A DNA stretch of 6,014 nt, taken from Octopus sinensis. Its lineage: Eukaryota. The notes beneath the pieces were generated by a model. That model made no database searches. It saw only the letters and a list, made by a program, of their open reading frames with translations, and was not told the origin of the DNA. Positions 1 to 5,683 of the stretch are shown here, piece by piece; within the stretch, counting starts at the first letter, position 1, and each line of letters opens with the position of its first letter. The DNA is taken from assembly GCF_006345805.1 (NCBI RefSeq), contig NW_021829419.1, positions 1 to 6,014 of the forward strand, read 5' to 3'. A program made the position numbers and the translations under genes.

Positions 1-221
1 TTGTGGCAGTCTACAGCATGTTGGTAGAAGATGGAGTTTGGCTTCCTTTCAATGTAGTTGTCCAGGTGTTCTTTGAACCTATCATTGATGTTTCTAGAAG
101 TCTCACCTATGTATGACTCTGGGTTAGTCGCGCAAGCTCCCTCCTGGCACTTAATCTGGTATACAGTGCCCTTGATTTTGCAATTTACATGTGGATTTTT
201 CGAACATACTGCACAATTACT
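1..221 (-). mobile_element. Penelope-like retroelement fragment encoding the GIY-YIG endonuclease domain (5'-truncated; runs off the left edge of the window)
   Basis: Manual translation of the minus strand, codons 221->3, is stop-free: SNCAVCSKNPHVNCKIKGTVYQIKCQEGACATNPESYIGETSRNINDRFKEHLDNYIERKPNSIFYQHAVDCH. It has the VY...YIGETSR...RFKEH GIY-YIG signature, with two Cys between the half-motifs and two downstream His (CCHH), as in PLE endonucleases. An upstream CxxC linker motif is also present. Similarity stops at the (TA)n tract at 222. Confidence 0.9.
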
Positions 222-438
222 TTATATATATATATATTATATATATATATATATATACATGTATATATATATATATATATACATGTATATATATGGATGT
301 ATATATGTATATGTATAGCTGTAGATGTATATATATATAGATGTACATGTAATATGTACACATATATATACACATATACACATGCACACATATATACACC
401 CATACACACATACACACTAACACATACATACATACATA
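222..438. repeat. Compound microsatellite (TA)n / TACATG-interrupted / (CA)n / (CATA)n
   Basis: Read directly from the sequence. It explains the I/Y/H/T-rich ORFs at 58-587. Confidence 0.95.
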
Positions 439-756
439 GGTGCAGGTGTGGCTGTGTGGTAATAAATTTCGTTCCAAAACACATGGTCCTCAGTTCAGTA
501 CCACTGTGTGGTAACTTGCTATGTGTCTTCTGCTATAGCCTCAGACCAACCAAAGCATTGTCAGTGGATTTTGTAGACAGAAACTGAAAGAAATCAATCG
601 TATATATATGTATGTATATATGTAAATCTGTGTGTGTGTCTTTGTGTTTCTCCCTCATCACTGCTTCACAACTGCTGTTCGTTTAGTTAGAGTCCCATAA
701 CTTACTGGTTTCACAAGAAGAAACTGATAGAATAACTACCAGGCTTATCAATAATA
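439..756 (+). mobile_element. tRNA-derived SINE of octopus type, diverged, with internal (TA)/(TG) microsatellite; 3' tail missing
   Basis: Pol III A-box-like TGGCTGTGTGGT (449-460) and degenerate B-box-like GTTCAGTACC (493-502). The body ('gtcttctgctatagcctcagaccaaccaaagc...ggattttgtagacagaaactgaaagaa', internal microsatellite ~601-640, then 'ccataacttactggtttc...gatagaataactaccaggctta') matches an abundant octopus SINE as I recall it. Family not verified by search. Confidence 0.8.
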
Positions 757-830
757 AAAAAAAACACTAGGCAGTGTTTCATATTTTGTTTGCCCACTGT
801 GTTGTATCTATCAATTCATCTTTGTCTTTG

Positions 831-866
831 TATGTGTGTGTGTATATAATATATGAATACACACAC

Positions 867-913
<47 letters not shown>

Positions 914-960
914 ATATATATTATATATATACTATATTATATAGATGTATATATATATAT
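831..960. repeat. Compound (TG)/(TA)/(CA)n microsatellite
   Basis: Read directly; includes a pure (AC)n run at ~876-900 and (TA)n runs on both sides. Confidence 0.95.
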
Positions 961-1270
961 GTAGGTCCCGGGTTGATTCGGGGTTAACCACAGTAAATAA
1001 GGTACTCAATACATAGCAGAGTAAAATTAATTTATTATATAGAAGGAGCTTCTACAGGACTAGAACTGTACATTCAAAAGAAATCTTCAGGAAGCTAGTT
1101 AACAGAATTGTATTGGCATTTATACATTTAGGCAGGTTATAGGGGTGTTGGTGGGGACTTTTTGGGGGTAGGCATAGCGCAAAAAAATCATACTTGGGGG
1201 AGTGGTCAAGGAGTCAGTGGTAAATTAGATAGAAGAATAAATAAAAGAACAAAAAAGAATAAAAAAATAT
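961..1270 (-). mobile_element. Penelope-type terminal repeat (pLTR) or non-autonomous derivative carrying a hammerhead motif
   Basis: Non-repetitive block between two microsatellites with a type I hammerhead fold on the minus strand (1047-1096). PLE terminal repeats are known to carry hammerheads. The 3' end abuts (TA)n at 960; the 5' boundary is approximate. Confidence 0.65.
1047..1096 (-). ncRNA. Type I hammerhead ribozyme, core-damaged (GAAA reads GUA)
   Basis: Minus strand: AGCUUC (stem I) CUGAAGA U UUC-UUUU-GAA U (stem II) G-U-A CAG uucuaguc CUG U A (stem III, GUA cleavage triplet, A at 1053) GAAGCU (stem I). All three helices and the CUGANGA box are in register; only the GAAA box is altered. 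Confidence 0.7.
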
Positions 1271-1317
1271 AAAATTATATAGAAGAATAGAGTTTTAGGT
1301 AAATAAGGAAATTCTCA

Positions 1318-1711
1318 ACACACACACATATACATACACACATCCAATACACACACACACCCAATATATATATATACATATACACCACCCACATATACAT
1401 ACATATATAATCTACATATATATATACATATATATATATAATATACATATACATATACATACATACACATATACATGCATATACATATCACACACACATG
1501 TATATATACACACACACACCACACATACACATACACACAAAAAAAAATATATACAGACCACACATACACATACTCCACATACACAAACATATCCACATAC
1601 ACACATGCACACACAACACACCAAGTCCCTATATACTCATATCATATCACATATAGGTATACGCACACACATATATATATATATATACATGCATGTATAT
1701 GTACACATTCA
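1318..1711. repeat. Long compound (CA)/(TA)/(CATA)n microsatellite field
   Basis: Read directly; explains the ORFs at 1275-1888. Confidence 0.95.
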
Positions 1712-2260
1712 TATCTATTATATCAAAGACAATGTCTTTACGTGTTCGTGTATTACTTATACATTCGAAAACTGGTCTGCACCGATCATAATGAAATTTG
1801 GAATACAAAATCGAAGCCTAGGGAGAAGGGTAATGCTGTGTGTTTCATAAAATTTCATGGACCAAAATTTCTGAATGGATCCTTATGATATTTGAAACTT
1901 AGATTCAATGCATAAGGGCGGGTATAATGCAATATGTTTGGTTTGAATTTCAGTTGGCTTAAAGGGGGCAGAACCCCCCATGAAAATTCATAAATTTTCG
2001 ATGCTGATGAAATTTCAACCATGGGTAATTGACACACATCAAGAAGTATTCTCAAAGTTTCCACTTCACATGAGGATTCTAAGACACCCTAATGGGTGCC
2101 TTAACTTCCAAATTTTAGTAATTTCTTTTATGATCCAAAACTAAGTCAAAAGTACTGAATGGATCTTTACGAAATTTTGAAATTATATTCTAAGCATAAG
2201 GACCATAACCACCATGACAATTCATATATTTTTGCTGTTGATGAAATTTTAACCATAGAT
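1712..2260 (+). mobile_element. Probable non-autonomous Helitron/Helentron-like element (DINE-1/Lep1-like architecture) with an internal duplication
   Basis: Starts 'atctattatatcaaagacaatgtc...' followed by 'accgatcataatgaaatttgg', resembling the 5' block of DINE-1/Lep1-type elements as I recall them. The GATnnnnnATGAAATTT-like motif recurs near 1783, 1877, 2000, 2161 and 2237. Short hairpins occur at 1964-1978 and 2085-2098. The 3' end is not defined; CTAG at 2416-2419 is a weak candidate. Confidence 0.45.
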
Positions 2261-2582
2261 ATTAGATATAAATGAAGTAATATGTATAAAATAATGTTTG
2301 GCATCATTTCTAAAATTAGCCAAACAGCTACTACTGCTGCCCACAGGAACGTATATAAAGGACAAAAGACAGCCAGTCAACCACAGTTGGAACACTCCTG
2401 TCACAAGAAAGTATACTAGTCCCTTAATATTTTATATTCAATATTTCATCTATTCAATAAGACAATCAATACTTCATTTCATTTTACTACTATATACTAT
2501 TTATACTGTATATTCTATATTCTACATTAATATTATAAAGAATATAAATGAAACATAACAAAACAGAGTTGGAATTCCTTTG

Positions 2583-2586
<4 letters not shown>

Positions 2587-2627
<41 letters not shown>
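2587..2627. repeat. (AT)20 perfect microsatellite
   Basis: Read directly. Confidence 0.97.
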
Positions 2628-2628
<1 letters not shown>

Positions 2629-2630
<2 letters not shown>

Positions 2631-2665
2631 CCGCAGTCCAGTGACGGAAACAAGGAAAATGAAAA
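2629..2665 (+). mobile_element. Isolated SINE 3' tail fragment (LINE-derived tail)
   Basis: 'ggccgcagtccagtgacggaaacaaggaaaat' aligns with the LINE 3' UTR in this window (minus strand 'ggccacagctcattagctgaaactggaaaaat') and with the octopus SINE tail as I recall it. Confidence 0.6.
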
Positions 2666-2859
2666 GGGATATGCTGGTGTGTTTTTTTTTCTTGATGTGA
2701 ATCATTTAATCCTAAGTGCACTAGATCTGCAATATAATCTGCAATAAGTGTGTGAATCTGAGAAGGGGATATGTTGAATAAAATTATAATTAACTGATCC
2801 TCCTCTATTTTATTTTACACAAAGCCAGGAACCTTTAATCACCCCTCGTACTTATATGT

Positions 2860-2900
2860 GTATGCTTTGTATATATATATATATATATATATACATATAT
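2860..2900. repeat. (TA)n microsatellite
   Basis: Read directly. Confidence 0.95.
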
Positions 2901-2948
2901 TAAGTGTGTGTTTTGCTCTATCACGGTTAGCCTAGTACTAAACAGTAT

Positions 2949-3266
2949 GATTTGATTGATTTGATTTTGATTTTTCCAGTTTCAGCTAATGAGCTGTGGC
3001 CATGCTGGGGCACCGCCATTTGGTTTGCTACACGATTTTACCTCACGGATGCTTTTTAGCAAACGCCATCTGATGCATGAGAGAGTTCGATGCAGCTGCC
3101 CTCATCTGCACCTCCTGCCGTGAAGTTGGTTCATCCGGGACACCTGACAGGAAGAGATCCAGTCCTACTTTAAAGACATCCGCATCTACACCATGCAGGT
3201 CCCTCAGGTTCTTCGGGAGGATATTGAAGAGCCGTGGGCCTCTGAAGCCCAGGCTATCACAATATC
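2949..3266 (-). mobile_element. 5'-truncated CR1-group LINE (3' end of ORF2, 3' UTR, (AAATC)n tail) with 7-bp TSD ACAGTAT
   Basis: Contains an ORF2-like C-terminus, a 3' UTR stem-loop CAGCT-catt-AGCTG (2983-2996) and a tandem-repeat tail (2949-2975). ACAGTAT flanks it at 2942-2948 and 3267-3273. The empty site is visible in the inverted copy. Confidence 0.88.
3043..3258 (-). pseudogene. C-terminal fragment of LINE ORF2 (post-RT region)
   Basis: DSLGFRGPRLFNILPKNLRDLHGVDADVFKVGLDLFLSGVPDEPTSRQEVQMRAAASNSLMHQMAFAKKHP* matches the pattern S-x-x-x-RGP-x-LFN-x-LP...FK-x-x-LD-x-x-L-x-x-VPDEP...RAAxSNSL typical of CR1-group ORF2 ends. Clade assignment is from memory. Confidence 0.85.
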
Positions 3267-3310
3267 ACAGTATCATCATAAATATAAACGAGTTTCTGAA
3301 ATTGTGGTTC

Positions 3311-3368
3311 CAGACAAAATGTTTAGCGATATTTCTTCCGGCTTTACGTTGTACGTAAGTTCAAATTC
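3311..3368 (+). mobile_element. Degenerate SINE head fragment (tRNA-like, B-box-like AGTTCAAATTC) inside the left arm; mirrored at 3482-3535 on the minus strand
   Basis: 'cagacaaaatgtttagcgatatttcttccggctttacgtt..taagttcaaattc' resembles the head of a second abundant octopus SINE family as I recall it. It is truncated right after the B box in both arms. Confidence 0.6.
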
Positions 3369-3476
3369 TATTGCGATCGACTGCATCTTTGAATCTATCA
3401 ACAAAGTCTAAGATAATGAAAGGTGTGTTACTATGACAGCAACTTAGGGAATCTCACAACATCCGTCTTATATATT

Positions 3477-3620
3477 CAATCGAATTTGAACTTAGAACGT
3501 AAAGCCGAAAGAAATATCGCTAAACATTTTGTCTGGAACCACAATTGCAGAAGCTCGTTTATATTTATAATGATACTGTTTAGTACTAGGCTAATCTTGA
3601 TAGAGCAAAACACATACTTA
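3477..3620 (-). repeat. Right (uninterrupted) arm of the inverted duplication
   Basis: The reverse complement reads taagtatgtgttttgctctatcaagattagcctagtactaaacagtat|cattataaatataaacgagc...aagttcaaattcgattg, joining both halves of the left arm without a gap. Confidence 0.92.
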
Positions 3621-3773
3621 TATTCAAAATCCTTCCAGCCATGACCAACACGTCTAGTAAGAAGTACACAACCCAATGCTTTCCTGTTTATTTTAGATGT
3701 CGAGTTTTGGATTCGTGGGAGAACATTTCGTGGTCCTCCTTTATAACTGTAACAGAATTGGTTAAATAGGAGA

Positions 3774-3796
3774 ACCACCGCCACCACCACCACCAT

Positions 3797-3855
<59 letters not shown>

Positions 3856-3857
3856 TT
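3774..3857. repeat. (ACC)~9 followed by (ACT)18 trinucleotide repeat
   Basis: Read directly; the ACT run is 3801-3854. Confidence 0.95.
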
Positions 3858-3964
3858 AATTTTGATGTCGTTGACATAATGTTGTGATAGTAGTACTGGA
3901 TTGGGATGGTGGTGGAGATATTGTTGATGGAGGGATATATCATCATTGGTGTCTACGTCGTCGC

Positions 3965-4053
3965 AGTGGTAGCAGTAGTAGAAGTAGTAGTTGTAGTAGT
4001 AGCAGCAACAGTAGTGGTAGTAGTAGTAGTAGTAGAGTAGTAGTGGTGGTGGC

Positions 4054-4095
<42 letters not shown>

Positions 4096-4134
4096 GGTGG
4101 TGGTGGTGGTGGTGGTGGTGGTGGTGGTGGCAGT

Positions 4135-4171
<37 letters not shown>

Positions 4172-4192
4172 GGCATTAGTAGTAGTAGTAGT
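3965..4192. repeat. Compound (AGT)n/(GGT)n trinucleotide repeat
   Basis: Includes (AGT)11 at 4054-4086 and (GGT)14 at 4087-4128. It produces the poly-V/S/T/H/Y/L ORFs in the track. Confidence 0.95.
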
Positions 4193-4242
4193 TACTGACA
4201 TCGTCTCCTCGGCTACTGTCACCTAAGCTGTTGATAAAAAAT

Positions 4243-4262
4243 CACACACACACACACACACA
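4243..4262. repeat. (CA)10
   Basis: Read directly. Confidence 0.95.
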
Positions 4263-4384
4263 TAAACCCACACAGAATAAAAACTATGCAAGTTATGTCC
4301 TTAATTGGCTCATTACGTTCTTTAGCGTGTCTGTCTGTTGGTATTGTGTCGTCTGTTATTGTCGTTGAATGCATACTTCTGCTC

Positions 4385-4536
4385 TTGATGTTGACGTTGC
4401 TGTTGTTGTTCTTGTTGTTCTTGTTGTTCTTGTTGAGCCTGGAGATGTAATTGTTGCCAATCGTCTTGCTTTTATTGTTTCACTTCAGTTAAATTATGAT
4501 GTTGTTGTTGCTATTGGTGGTGGTGGCGTTGTTGAT
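4385..4536. repeat. Cryptic (GTT)n-derived low-complexity tract with a (CTTGTTGTT)3-like core
   Basis: Read directly. Confidence 0.8.
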
Positions 4537-4740
4537 GTGTTTTTTTATTTTTATTTTGAAAAAACATAAACGCTGTAAAGATTATAGAAGAGATAATGTG
4601 GCCACCACGACGATTTTCCCAATCCTTGATTAGTTTCGATGTTGCGTTGAACCCCGCAAATCAAAATAAACATTGTTGTGTAAAACATTAAGAAAATATT
4701 TGCATATGCGACGCACAGACAGACAACCGCTCAGACTGTC

Positions 4741-5167
4741 TATCTATGTGCGTATATGAATATGTACGCATGTGTGTCTATGTACGTGTATGTGAATGTA
4801 TATAGGTATGTCGGGAGGTAGGTATTCATGTATGTAAGCATATACGCATGCGAGTATAGATCTCCAAGTGTAAGTATGTACGTATGTATATGAGTATATA
4901 TGTATGTATGAGTGAGTGTGTGTGTGTATAAAGGAATATGCATGATATACAAGATATATATATATATACATACATATATATATATATATGCATGTATATA
5001 TATATATATGTATATATATATATCCATACATACATATATATATATATGCATGTATATATATATATGCATATACACCTAAACATATTCATATTCATATTTA
5101 TACATATATACTCATATACATTCATACATATAAGGTATGTATGTATATATGTGTATATATATATATA
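4741..5167. repeat. Long compound (TG)/(TA)/(TATG)/(CATA)n microsatellite field
   Basis: Read directly; explains the ORFs at 4740-5465. Confidence 0.95.
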
Positions 5168-5273
5168 TTTGTTTTTTTGTTTCCTTCTCGAGCCACGCCT
5201 GCTCATTAGGGCGGTTTCCCGTTTCCTTGGCGTATGGGTCCCCACCTGCACGGGACTCCGGTCCGTCGCAGGA
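5168..5273 (-). mobile_element. 3' fragment of a SINE or non-LTR element with an A-rich tail
   Basis: GC-rich island; minus strand 'cctgcgacggaccggagtcccgtgcagg...ccaaggaaacgggaaaccgccctaatgagcaggcgtggctcgagaaggaaacaaaaaaacaaa'. It resembles the 'ccctgcgatggactggcgtcccgtccaggg...ggaaacc' block found in several metazoan SINEs. (TA)n lies on both sides. Confidence 0.6.
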
Positions 5274-5280
5274 TATATAT

Positions 5281-5326
<46 letters not shown>

Positions 5327-5352
5327 ATATATCTATCCTATAGATATATATA
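5274..5352. repeat. (TA)n microsatellite, interrupted
   Basis: Read directly. Confidence 0.95.
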
Positions 5353-5467
5353 AGCATACCTGTATTTCGTGCAACAATATACAACGTAGTTACAAAGATT
5401 TCTTCCTTGTAGTTCTTTTTCTTCCATTTGCCTCCAAGGACGCCATGTTACATCCGTTGAAGTAAAC

Positions 5468-5498
5468 ATTATTGTTGTTGTTGTAGTTATTATTATCA

Positions 5499-5536
<38 letters not shown>

Positions 5537-5551
5537 TCATTATTATTATTA
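5468..5551. repeat. (TTG)/(ATT)n trinucleotide repeat, with pure (ATT)12 at 5501-5536
   Basis: Read directly. Confidence 0.95.
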
Positions 5552-5595
5552 TATAGATCAAACTTATAGAAAAACAAAATCAAAGACCAGTGTAG

Positions 5596-5683
5596 GAACA
5601 ACAGGCAAGTGTATTAGTTTGACGCTCAGGGGAAATGGAAAAGTCTTTTAGGTTTCGAGCCTACGTTCTTCGACATAAAGGAA
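5596..5683 (-). mobile_element. Second Penelope-type terminal-repeat fragment (different family from 961-1270)
   Basis: Minus strand 'cctttatgtcgaagaacgtaggctcgaaacctaaaagacttttcc...gagcgtcaaactaatacac' contains a minimal-hammerhead-like motif and resembles a common octopus repeat as I recall it. Boundaries are approximate. Confidence 0.5.
5645..5680 (-). ncRNA. Relic of a minimal (dimer-type) hammerhead ribozyme
   Basis: CUUU (stem I) AUGUCGA A GAAC-GUAG-GCUC (stem II, one A.C mismatch) GAAA CC U A AAAG (stem I). The topology fits, but C3 and A6 are altered and the stem III palindrome ACGU reads ACCU. Confidence 0.45.

Larger units (their letters stand above)
2901..3373 (+). repeat. Left arm of an inverted duplication (2901-2948 plus 3274-3373), interrupted by a LINE
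   Basis: Manual alignment to the reverse complement of 3477-3620 gives 9 substitutions and one 4-nt indel over ~144 nt (~94% identity) once the LINE is removed. Confidence 0.92.

Noticed and set aside
58-587. Track ORFs of 86-132 aa rich in Y/I/M/H/T
   Set aside because: Translations of TA/CA microsatellite plus antisense PLE and SINE sequence. The real coding frame (minus, 221->3) is not among them.
762-779. 7-bp inverted repeat AAACACT-aggc-AGTGTTT
   Set aside because: Short, AT-rich and expected by chance in 6 kb; no associated feature.
1142-1200. G-tracts (G4, G4, G5, G5) suggesting a G-quadruplex
   Set aside because: The fourth long tract is 27 nt away and the tracts are just the complement of the C-rich part of the pLTR; no independent support.
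1275-1888. Overlapping ORFs of 61-137 aa
   Set aside because: Stop-poor dinucleotide repeats; no domain-like sequence.
2518-2545. 'tctacattaatattataaag' resembling a Lep1-type Helitron 5' end
   Set aside because: Embedded in generally AT-rich sequence, with no downstream element body.
2298-2558. 86-aa ORF (MASFLKLAKQ...)
   Set aside because: No recognisable motif, runs into low-complexity AT-rich DNA, and has no convincing splice sites.
3077-3411. Plus-strand ORFs of 93 and 72 aa
   Set aside because: Antisense shadows of the minus-strand LINE ORF2 fragment running into the duplicated arm.
3476-4222. Poly-V/T/H/Y/S/L ORFs up to 156 aa
   Set aside because: Pure trinucleotide repeats open in several frames on both strands.
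5180-5273. Possible HDV-like ribozyme in the GC-rich fragment
   Set aside because: I could not build the P1/P1.1/P2/P3 double pseudoknot; a simple hairpin explains the complementarity.
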